Shown here piece after piece: positions 49,101 through 61,100 of a stretch of DNA of 64,000 nucleotides. The notes under the pieces are model-generated. The model was not told the DNA's origin. It saw only the letters and a program-made list of their open reading frames with translations, and ran no database searches. The stretch comes from Pocillopora damicornis (taxonomy: Eukaryota), in NCBI RefSeq assembly GCF_003704095.1, contig NW_020846801.1, forward strand, positions 186,001-250,000, written 5' to 3'. Made by a program: the position numbers and the translations under genes. Within the stretch, counting starts at the first letter, position 1. Each line of letters begins with the position of its first letter.

Positions 49101-52100
49101 AGGCCCTGGGGGACCTGGAGGTCCAGGAGGGCCTGGCGGCCCAGGAGGCCCAGGTGGTCCCGGTGGACCAGGCGGACCAACAACCAAGAAACCAGGTACG
49201 ACTTGAGCTTACTATGGAAGCTTTGAAAAAAATAATTCAAGGATTAGGACAAATAGTGTCAGTGAATAATACATTTTCTATTGACATGCACCTAAGCTGC
49301 CAATTGATGTTAGTGCCAAATTATGATATATTATGATCGTTATAGTTTTGAGCGAGATGCTAATTTACCAACTGATGGTAAAGGAGACCGGCAACTTCGT
49401 TGTATCATAACAATTATTACAACTATTGTTTTATACCAAATTTTTCTTGACGATATCAATGTGAGTCGTTTAGATACGAAAATAAAATGGATATCGTAGT
49501 TACAAAAGAAGGAAGCACCATTGTAGCCGTTGCACAACATTTCTTCCATAAATATCGAATGTGTTCATGCGGTGAAGACGCCTATGTAAAATTACTTCCT
49601 AGGAAAGTCTACAAGACCAACAAAACCAACAAAGAGACCTGGTAAACCTGGAGGACCCGGAGGACCTGGAGGCCCTGGAGGGCCTGGAGGTCCTGGAGGT
49701 CCAGGAGGTCCTGGAGGCCCTGGAGGTCCCGGAGGGCCTGGTGGAAAGACAACGCCCGTCCCAGGAAAATCTACCAAACCTACTAAGCCAACAAAGAAGC
49801 CAGGGAAACCTGGAGGGCCTGGTGGACCTGGAGGTCCTGGAGGCCCAGGTGGACCAGGTGGGCCCGGAGGACCCGGAGGGCCAGGAGGACCCAAAACAAG
49901 CCGTCCGGGAACACCAACAAAGCCAACTAAACCAACAAAGAAACCAGGTACACCAGGAGGTCCGGGTGGCCCGAAAGGTCCTGGTGGTCCTGGAGGCCCT
50001 GGGGGACCTGGTGGCCCTGGAGGGCCTGGGGGTCCAGGAGGTCCTGGAGGACCTGGAGGGCCAGGTGGTCCAGGAGGACCAGGTGGACCTGGTGGTCCTA
50101 CAACAGCATCTCCAAGAGCACCAACCAAGAAGACGACACCAACTCCTTATGCCCCAGGGAAACCCAATGGCCCTGGAGGACCAGGGGGACCTGGGGGACC
50201 CGGAGGACCCGGTGGCCCAGGAGGACCTGGAGGACCTGGTGGACCAGGAGGGCCGGGAGGTAATGTGTCAATGATATCGTCTTAATTGACTTATGAATAA
50301 TATCTTAATCAATAAAATCATACTGTAACAGAGGTTTTGATCTTGATATTAATTGTTAAACGTTAATTTGCTACTTAAAGAGGGCGATAGTGTCCTGGGT
50401 TCACGCCCTCCACCTTGGTTATTAAACACTCGGTTGTCCGTATTTAATTACTTTTAACTCTCTGTACGTTCACAATGTTTGTTCCTAATTATTTTTTTTC
50501 TTATGTGTCACTTAAAATGTAACGTGCATTTGAATATATCTTCATGTTGATTTGCCCCATAGAAATATTGATTATTGCTATACGCCTGCGGTTTCCCTTG
50601 CTCGAAAGAAGATTGTGATTGGTTGATTGGTAATCACGTGAGCCTGGATTAATCAAAATGTATCCCGCTCAAATTAAATTTTGACAGAATGTCAAAATTG
50701 TATCCTGATTCGAATACGTTTATTAAATGCGATCATTTTTTCAGGTTTTTTCACGTAATCAGAGCGTCGCTTAGGCCGGTGGTGTGATTGTAGCGAGATA
50801 TTTTTTAAACTTTGTTATCTTAACTCCTCGGGGATTCCAGAAAATTTTGATTTGTCGCTAGCTCTCCGCCAATTCTTAAAATTACGATGGACTAACCTGT
50901 GACGAAAAAGCAGCGCTCGTCTGCTTTATCGAAAGACGAAATCGAATACTGGTTTAGCAGAAGGACTACGAAAATACGGTTTTTTTAAAGGTACATTTGC
51001 GGTGTTTACAAAAAGTTGTACTATTATAAACGCTCCTTTTTTGCTAATCCACAATGTTCATCCTAAAAAAATTTTAAATGTATAACAGAGCACTTAGTGT
51101 CTGCTCCCTCGGGAAACAGTAAGTTTCTTCTCCAGAGAGTTGGAAGACTTCGTCTCAGGAAACATTGAGACTCTCGGGAAGACAAAACAAACTGATCTTA
51201 TCAGCAGCAGACATCAATTGCATTTTATCAATCGTTATCAAAAGCTCCTCGTGTTTACTGTCTCATGGTTTGTTTACATAGGTCCGGGTGGCCCAGGTGG
51301 TCCCGGGGGACCTGGCGGTCCGTACGGTCCCACAACAAAGAAACCAGGAAAACCAGGAGGACCTGGTGGTCCTGGAGGTCCAGGAGGACCTGGAGGACCT
51401 ACTACAAAGCCTCCTGGAAAACCAGGAGGCCCTGGAACCCCAGGCGGTCCAGGAGGCCCAGGAGGTCCGGGTGGGCCCGGTGGTCCTGGAGGTCCAAGTG
51501 GACCTGGAGGTCCAAATGGTCCCAAGACTACAACTCCAAGGCCAGGTGTGCCGACGAAAAAGCCAACCACAAGGAAACCGGGCACTCCAGGCGGACCAGG
51601 AGGCCCTAAGGGGCCTGGTGGACCCGGTGGCCCAGGAGGACCAGGTTTGTGATACGGAACGAGTCTTCTTATATGTTAAACGAACAAAATATAAGGAAAT
51701 CAAAGTTAAATGATAGTATTAAAAAGATCCTAGACGAGTGTTTGAACTCAATTTCAGCAGTCATGTCATACCAAGTTTGATGAATATAGGGTGACGCTTA
51801 CCTAAAGGGTTTTTTTGCCTTTTAAGAATCCTTACTTAAACTTGCTGTTTTGCTGGCAAATTGTGGTACAGGAAAGTAACAAAATTGTTAATTATGTGAT
51901 TCAATTAATTGACATCTGCGTTCCGTTTGATTGGCCGTGGTGCAGCTGCCACAATTTCCAAATATAGATAATGTAACGTTAAACCAGCTGGAAACCAGCC
52001 AAATAGTAAACCTTTATAACAGTACCGCTTAAGAAACCTGAAGCTCACATCATGTTACGGACGTTAAGAATGTAAGGGTCGTAATGAATTAAATAATTAA

Positions 52101-55100
52101 TGAATAATATTTATGAGAATATGTCAAGTAAAAAGATATTGCTCTATTTTCAACAGGCGGACCTGGAGGCCCGGGGGGTCCTGGAGGCCCAGGTGGTCCA
52201 ACAACTGCACGACCAGGTGTGCCTACCAAACCCACCAAACCAACAAAACGCCCAGGACGCCCAGGTGGACCAGGGGGTCCAGGAGGACCCGGAGGACCAG
52301 GAGGTCCTGGCGGACCTGGAGGACCTGGAGGACCCGGTGGACCTGGGGGTCCAGGAGGACCAACAACCGCCAGACCTGGGGTGCCAACAAAACCAACCAA
52401 ACCAACACAACGCCCGGGTAAACCAGGTGGACCAGGAGGGCCGAGTGGACCCGGAGGACCTGGAGGGCCTGGGGGTCCTGGTGGACCAGGTGGACCTGGG
52501 GGACCTGGAGGTCCGGGAGGACCAACAACTACTAGACCTGGTGTACCAACTAAACCAACCAAACCAACAAAACGCCCAGGTACGCCAGGTGGACCAGGGG
52601 GGCCAAAAGGGCCAGGAGGACCTGGAGGTCCAGGAGGTCCTGGAGGACCAGGAGGACCAGGTGGGCCTGGAGGACCTGGAGGACCAGGAGGGCCAGGTAC
52701 AGTGAGAGCTTTGTGCAATCCACAACACTATCTGCAATCCATAACACATTTTTAACTTTTATCAACGAGCCAGCAAATTTTAAAATGTTGCGATATATTA
52801 TATGCTCCTCTCAGAATGAATTCTTCGTCTTTGTCGTTAATGTTCGAATATTATGCGACTGTTAACAACTTTAAATTCATATTTGTTATACTACTTGGCG
52901 AATTGCGTTAATTTTGCAAAGTTCTGACCAACTAAACCCGGAGCACTCGTTATCAAGACAGTATTAGAGTATCAACATTTTTCAAAAGCGAACAATTTAG
53001 TCCTGATACAGTTGTTTAGATATCTCGTAAGTTTCTTCTGAAGTATCGCAACGAACATCACATGTCGAACACAACCTCCTGAACATGATATAATTTCCAA
53101 GAACTTAACCTACCTAACAAACTCAGATCTGAGTCAGAAGGATCCATTTACAACCCTGTGATAGGAAACGTGAATCTTAAACATCAAGTATTTTTTTCGA
53201 TAAATCTAGGTGGACCTGGAGGGCCGCCAGCAGGACAGCCTACAACACCCGTCACAAAACCACCCGGTACTCCAGGAGGTCCAGGAGGTCCAGGAGGACC
53301 TGGTGGGCCTGGTGGACCTGGAGGACCTGGAGGACCAGGTGGACCAACAGGACCAACAAAGCCAACAAAGCCACCTGGCAAGCCTGGAGGACCTGGGGGA
53401 CCAGGAGGGCCTGGAGGTCCAGGAGGTCCTGGAGGACCCACAACGAAACGTCCAGGAAAACCAGGGGGACCCGGGGGTCCAGGAGGCCCTGGAGGACCCG
53501 GTGGCCCTGGTGGGCCAGGAGGACCAACAACTAAACGACCAGGAACACCAGGTAAAAATTAAACCGTAACGGTGAAGCCAGCAGGAGTAATGCAATTGCA
53601 AAGCTGCCACTTTAATATGTTTTCGATAGAACAAGTAGTCATTCATCTATGGGAATTACTGTGTTTTAAATCTTTTGCTAAAGCTAGTAAACATTAATTG
53701 AAAGCTGAGAAAAATCGAGATTGAATTACGATGGCCAATGTTTTGAAAAATGCATCGAAACACTATCAAGATATTAGATTATGAAGAGATGAGCAATGAA
53801 AGCGAAAGTATGTCTCAAATATTATTCATTACTTTCCTAGAAACTGGAGAGGTTTTAATGTGTTTTCCTTTGCTGATATCGGTAGTTCATGTCTCTTCTA
53901 TTCAATTTGGCTTTTAAGATGCGATACATTATACAGCACAAAATATTCACTAGATTATTCTGAACTTTAGGTGGCCCTGGAGGGCCAGGCGGCCCCGGAG
54001 GACCAGGTGGTCCTGGCGGTCCAGGAGGTCCTGGAGGACCTGGAGGTCCCACTACAAAACGTCCAGGTTCCCCAGGAGGACCAGGAGGTCCTGGTGGGCC
54101 TACAACAAAACCGCCACCTGGGAAGCCTGGAGGTCCTGGGGGCCCAGGGGGACCAGGAGGTCCTGGAGGACCTGGAGGACCAGGAGGACCAGGAGGCCCA
54201 GGAGGACCAAAGACAAAGTCACCAAAACCAGGAGTACCTAAAACAACACCCACGACTAAACCACCAGGAAAACCAGGCGGTCCTGGAGGCCCAGGGGGCC
54301 CTGGTGGACCAGGAGGACCAGGAGGTCCTGGAGGCCCTGGGGGTCCTGGAGGTCCCGGGGGACCCGGAGGTCCAAAAACAACAAAACCAGTTCCTACGAA
54401 GAAACCAACGAAACGCCCGGGATCTCCCGGTGGGCCAGGAGGGCCAGGAGGACCAGGAGGGCCCGGTGGACCTGGAGGACCTGGAGGACCAGGGGGCCCT
54501 GGTGGACCAAAGACGAAACCTCCTGGTACTAAAACCAAACCTACCAAGTATGCACCAGGAAACCCTGGAGGTCCTGGTGGTCCTGGAGGACCTGGTGGAC
54601 CCGGCGGGCCAGGAGGACCGGGTGGGCCTGGAGGGCCACCAGCGAAGACCACGCCAAAAACACCCAAGACAAAAGCTCCAGGTCAGATCACAGAATATTG
54701 AGAAAAAAAAATAAAGGGCTGCTAATAATCATAAAAGTGTTACTGACTATTATCATAATCATAATGGTAAAATTAATGATAATGACAGTGGAATAGGTAA
54801 TTTGATAAATGGTAAATACACATCTGAGGGTTCCAACAGCGGCGGCACGTTGCACATTACTTTCAGAGTTAGCTTACTCAAAACGACTCGTTTATACTAA
54901 GAGAAGCAAAGATGCATACCTCGAAATCGCATACCGCGAAGAAGACAAAAGAAAAACTTATTATGGCAAAACTTAGAGAAATTATCACTTTGTGATTTTT
55001 CTTTAACAATACACCTTTGACAACGACAATGACGGGAAGTGAACTATAAATACTATCATACTTCGTTCCCCTTTTTCAGGCAAACCTGGGGGACCTGGTG

Positions 55101-58100
55101 GACCTGGAGGTCCGGGAGGACCTGGGGGACCAACAACAAAGCGACCAGGATCTCCGGGCGGACCTGGGGGACCTGGAGGTCCCGGTGGTCCTGGTGGACC
55201 TGGTGGTCCTGGTGGTCCAGGAGGCCCAGGTGGTCCAACAAAGAAACCTGGAAAGCCTGCAAAAACCACAACCAAACCCCCAGGAACACCTGGTGGTCCT
55301 GGCGGTCCGGGGGGCCCTGGGGGACCAGGGGGTCCAGGAGGACCAGGAGGCCCTGGGGGTCCAGGAGGTCCAGGAGGTCCAAATGGTCCTACAACTGCTC
55401 CTCCAGGAAAACCCGGAGGACCTGGAGGCCCCGGGGGACCAGGAGGACCAGGAGGTCCAGGCGGTCCTGGAGGCCCGAAAACGGCTCCACCTGGTCAACC
55501 AGGAGGCCCTGGAGGACCGGGTGGTCCTGGAGGCCCAGGAGGCCCTGGAGGACCGGGTGGACCTGGAGGTCCAGGATGTGTCATGCGCCCAGGAGCGAAA
55601 ACAACGCCAAAAAGCGGCCCAACAAAGCCTGGAGGTGCAAAGCCAACAACCGGAAAGCCTTGTATCACTATTCCACCAGGTAACGTGATAATCCAGCATT
55701 TCAAGGGAACGTTCCACGATCTTTAACCTTTTCTATCTTTGCTTTGCATCAACTTTTATTGTCATTTAACAGCTGTGTCCTTATATCTCAAAAAACTAAA
55801 ATGCTTGCATTTGTTCTGTTCCTACGTCTTGTTTGTGTCAAAACGATAACCTCGTGAAAGAACTAGTTTATCAAATTGTAACGCAGAATATAAAAACGAC
55901 TTTCTACGTGAAATAACTGCTTTCATTTTTATATTTGAGGCTTTACTGTCGTGAAGAAACCAACAACTATTCCTACGCGGCCAGTCGGACCATCTGGCCC
56001 CACAACAGGACCTGCTGCCACAACAGCGCCTAACAAAGGTATTATTGTTTTCCTTTTTCTCTTCAGTTGTGATTTAACTTTTAAGTTCAGCTTCATTTAC
56101 AAAAATTAATTTCGTCGCATTCCCTTGCTTTCGTAGCCTTCTCCTCTTACAGTAGTATAGTTACCAAAGATCCTGCTTTGTTTATGTCTCTAATCATACC
56201 AACATATTGTTCGCACATGGTTTTTGTGGAAAAAAGCCAGGACAAGTAAAACCAAGCAGACTAAACGTTAATATCATTTAACGACAAATTTTGCTGAGAC
56301 GTAATTATGAAATTATTTAAACAATGCTATGAATTAAAAAAACCATCGATTGTTCTACAGTGTGCAAAGTAAAGATGGACATTGGCTTCGTAATCGACGC
56401 AGCCGGCGGCCTTAAGAAAGTATTCCACTACATAAAGAAATTCGTCTTGGAATTGGTGGATTCCTTTACTGTCTCCAGTCAGAATGTCCGGATTGGTTTA
56501 ATTACGAACTCTTATCGCCCTGCAGTCAAGATAAGCTTTGGTCAGTTTAACAAGCCGACCCAAATAAAACGCATCACCCGCCTGCTACAGCCCGACGGTG
56601 GAGCACGCCTATCAGGAAAAGCGCTAACCCTTGCATTAAAGCGGCTCTTTCCCGCTAGCAAGGGCAAGAAAACGTTGGTTTACCTAACTGCGGGTAAATC
56701 GTCCGACCGAGTGCTTGGCCCAGTACAACAGCTTGTTGCTATGGGAGTAAATATCTTCAGTATCGGCGTTGGAACTAATGCTGATCTCAGTGAGATTCTC
56801 ACGGTAGCTAAAGATCCTCAGCACTCGTACAAGACCAACTTTAGAGGCCTGGGAACTATAGTGAAACGCATTAAAGACAAAGCGTGTGCAGGTTGGTATG
56901 CCTTTCCTGATTTGAGAGGCAATTTTGAAGGAGAAATTAAGGAGTGTCAGCAGACAGTCTATCAAAAATGGGAAAACCTGTAGCCTAATGACGTGACGTA
57001 ACATTTGTCATTGGTAAATTAGTGGAAGAAGTAAGTACAATGCAAACTAAAAGTGAGTCTCCTAATATTAGCAACAAAGAGTGTTACCAAACGACTGTCG
57101 TTTCATAAATACATGTTGGATTCTAATCATCACCATAAAAACGCACATTACTTTTAGTAAGATGAATAGAGTCAGATTTTTATATGACTCTCTTGTTTTC
57201 CCCCGCAGAGGCAGGAGGCAGTGAACAGGGACCGAAAAAACCCACTAAGAAACCAAGTAAGTACATGAGCAATTAACATGATTCCAGGGTTCACGTTTAA
57301 CCCCATTTCGAATTTATTAAATTTCTCTATCAACAGAACCACCGAAGGCTGTCGCTATTTTCCCACTGAACCAAAAGACTCGAGGAAAAGACATTGGTCC
57401 CCTGAGGAACAGCCCAGGACTAATATATGGTGTTCGACCCGCTCGTGGACCTAATGGTCAGCCTGGTGGAGCCATCAAATTCCCGAAATTTAAGACCGGC
57501 TATGTGGAGTTTCCGAACAGTGGGAAACTGGACACCAAGAATTCCATAACAGTGACTGCTTGGGTCAAACCGGATGCGCCAGGGAAAATAATTGAGTTCA
57601 GACCGAGAGGGGTGACTTTCGGCATTCGATCGCCTGATATTTTGTACGCTCGTTTTGTCCGCCGTAACGGTCGACCAACCAAAACTGTAAAAACAAAACG
57701 GCGGGGAGTTACCTTGCGACAGTGGAGTTACTTAGCCATTACCTATGACCAGCGAACGGGAATGGGAACTATTTGGCGGAACTCTCGACCCATTGCTTTT
57801 CAGAAGCTCGGCTGGATCAGGCTTGCTACAAAGAAACCTCTTAGGCTTGGAGGGTTGACCCGTGGTCGGCGACCATTCAGTGGCAGTATCACGTGTCTTC
57901 AAGTTTACAGCGATGCTTTGACTGGGCCCCAGATAAAGAATGTACAGAATGTTTGCTTTAAACCAGGTACTAATCACCAACCTCGACGTAAGATATACAC
58001 TTAAACCAATTGAATATTGAACAACAATCAACCTGACATTTTGTCCTGATGCTGCTCATTCCAAGCTGCAATTAAACCATTATTTTCAGCTCACCCACCC

Positions 58101-61100
58101 TCATAGTCTTGGATTTGAGAAAGGCCATATTACGCTAAATTCAAAAATATTTTATCTCTGTCAGTCTTAACAGTGAAGACTTAGGACACACGCTTTAATT
58201 CAAATTCTTAAGTTCTTCATCAAAGTAGAATGGGAATGTAGATATGTGGGCTAAGTTATAGAATATAAAGTAACCAGACACATTTTTTTGGTACAATAGC
58301 TTTTAAAGATACGGTGTGCTGCCATACTCCAGAATATTTTAGGAGTACGAGACACGCGTAGTGTACTTTTAAAAATATACCGGCGGAGTATTCGAGCATA
58401 GTCAAGACGAATACTCTAGGTGTGCGCGGGGTATTGTGCGCGACTTGAATACCCTAGGATTCTAAAGCACCACGATCACGTATTCCATACTCGAATACCA
58501 GAGATTACTTTGATTTTTGCGCAGTGTTAGCCACAGAAATGCATTTGGTTGTTTTATACCATACATATCGCGGGTTAATGTTTTTTATTCTGTTTCCAGG
58601 GCAGCCGACTCCCACCAGACCACCAACAGCCCCTGTTCCAGGTAGGAGAGCAATCGACGGATACCACCCAGGAGTTCTTATTTGAACTGATCTATTTTGA
58701 AGTCTAGATTTTATAAAATTTAATCCAAACATAATGTCTTCATCTGGCAAGAGAAGGTTTTTATCTTGGTATAAACACGGTATGACCAATTTAGAAGCGT
58801 TCCAACCTCCTGCACTCCGTCCGCATTTCAGACTGTTAAGCATTTTATCTTCTTGTTTTAAAGTTTTTGTACTCTGAAAATGATCCTGTTGTTGTTGCAT
58901 GTTACCAGCTCTACCTCCTGCGATGGCATTCTTCCCCTTGAAGTCTAAATATGGTGCCCGTGATATAAGCCCAACGAAAAACCGCCCGGGAAAAATCGTG
59001 GGTGCCTTACCAGCCCGAGGTCCTGACGGCCAGCGTGGTAGTGCTTATAAGTTCCGAGGCCGTCCCGATAGCTTCATCGAGTTTCCGAACAACGGACGAT
59101 TGGATGCAAAGGATTCTATAACCATTCTTGCATATGTAAACCCGGAGAGCGCTGGACCGATCTTCAATTTTAATCCCAAAGGATTTGGAGTGCATTTCTG
59201 GATGGTTCGAAAGAATGTTCTCTTCGCACGCTTTGTGAAAAGGTCCAAGAAGTTTACACGGCCTGTGGCTACGAACAGAGTGAAACCGGGCACTTGGAAC
59301 TGGCTTGCAGCTTCATACGATAAGAACACTGGGTACGCACGTTTGTTCGTGGATTCCAAAATCTCAGCTGAAAGAAATCTCGGCAGAATAAAGCTTGCCA
59401 CCAATTATCCCGTTAGAATGGGTGCACGAAAGGGAGATCGTCGCTTCTTCCGGGGGAAAATAACTTGTGTTCAAGTTTACAATGAAGCCCTGACAAGCCG
59501 GCAAATCCGAGCTGCTAGAAAGAGCTGCTTCAGACCAGGTTTGTCGCAGACCTATTTAATCTGATTTTAAATTTTATTCAAGGAAAATAGAGTTACTTTC
59601 ACTCTCTCTACAATGTTTTTCAGAAAATCGTACCTCTAATGAGTCTGAATGAGTCGCCAGTCAACATTTTAAGAGCAATAGAGTGTCTCTCTTTTCCGGT
59701 GCAGTCGATTTTACTGCAAGTGTTATTACTCCTAGCGCCTCATTATGGTCTTGAAGAGAGTTCCTTCGTAAAGAAAATGCTTAAAATGTTTGAATTAAAA
59801 CAAAATTATTTGAAACAATGTTAGTGTAAATGTTCATTTTAGACAAGTTCTTATCGAGTGTATTTTCTGTTTCAGGTAAAGTCAAGCCCACAAAGCCAAT
59901 TTCACCTGTTACCAAACCTACACCGGGTAAGTCTCGTTTCCTTTTTTTTTTCTACATCATAAAACTTAACAGTTGTAAGAGTCTTAAAAAACCGTTTCTT
60001 TAAGAAAATGTGTAAGATATTTTTTTCCTCTGTTCAAACAGCTATCCGTAACTTGGTGGCCGTGTACCCACTGGACGCTACTTCTGGTGCACGTGACCTC
60101 AGCCCTACCAAGAATCTTCCAGGAAAGCTTTCGAGTGTAAATATCGCTCCAGGCCCTGACGGCAAACCGGACACTGCATTGCGATTCTCTGGCAGTCCTA
60201 ACAGTTACATAGAGTTCCCAAATAATGGAAGACTGGACACCAGACGTTCAATCACTTGCATAGCATGGGTGTACAATGAAGGAAGGGGAGGGCCGGTGTT
60301 CCAATACGATCCACGGGGAGTGGGGGTTGGGTTAAGAATCATCGGCTTGGATCGAATTGAAGCGCTCATTGTCAGCCGAAACAGACGAAAGAAAATTCCT
60401 GTCGTGACTCGAAAGAGGTTCTTTAAGCCCAGGACTTGGACTTACGTAGGATTCTCGTACGATTTCCTTTCTGGTATTGTCACATTGTACGTTAATGCCA
60501 GGCCAGTCTTACGTAGGATCATTGGTCGAGTTCAGCTTCTTACTAACAAACCAGCCCGCGCGGGCTCAACCAGGCGTGGAAAACGATTCTTCCGCGGTCG
60601 CTTGTCGTGTATACAGGTGTACAGCAGAGCTCTGACCAGGCGCGAGATCATTGCAGTGAGAAAAAGGTGCTTCAAAGGAGGTATGATAGGTGAAACAGAA
60701 ATTAATTGAAAATGTAAGCCAGATTACCAGCGGGTTAACTTGTATGATAAATCCATGGCCAGTCTGTAGTCTCGTGTTTTTCAAATTGTTTCCTTAAGAA
60801 AATTTAATGAGTGTAATAACATTAATCGTATGCCTTTATTTTACCTTTTTATTGTGTATAGCATCGAAATGATGTTCAGAGAAATTCAACTCAGAAATCA
60901 GATCCAGTAACTTAGCAAAATTACGGTAGGAATAAGAAAGAGGCAAAGGAAAAACTGAGTGCAACAAACTTACTTGCACGGATTGATCTTACAATACTGT
61001 TTAAGTCATTTTGTATCATTTGTTTCTCATTTGCAGCCGGAATAATTCCAGGAAAACCTTCTACAGGTAAGAAGTGAATGTCATTGTTGCATAAATCACT

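Noticed and set aside
48567-55717. Minus-strand (GPP)n collagen gene, and plus-strand alternative-frame ORFs rich in LEDLVDQ or WRTWR
   Set aside because: These are shadow frames of GGN-GGN-CCN codons. Exon boundaries, the signal peptide and the flanking VWA domains fit only the plus-strand GGP frame.
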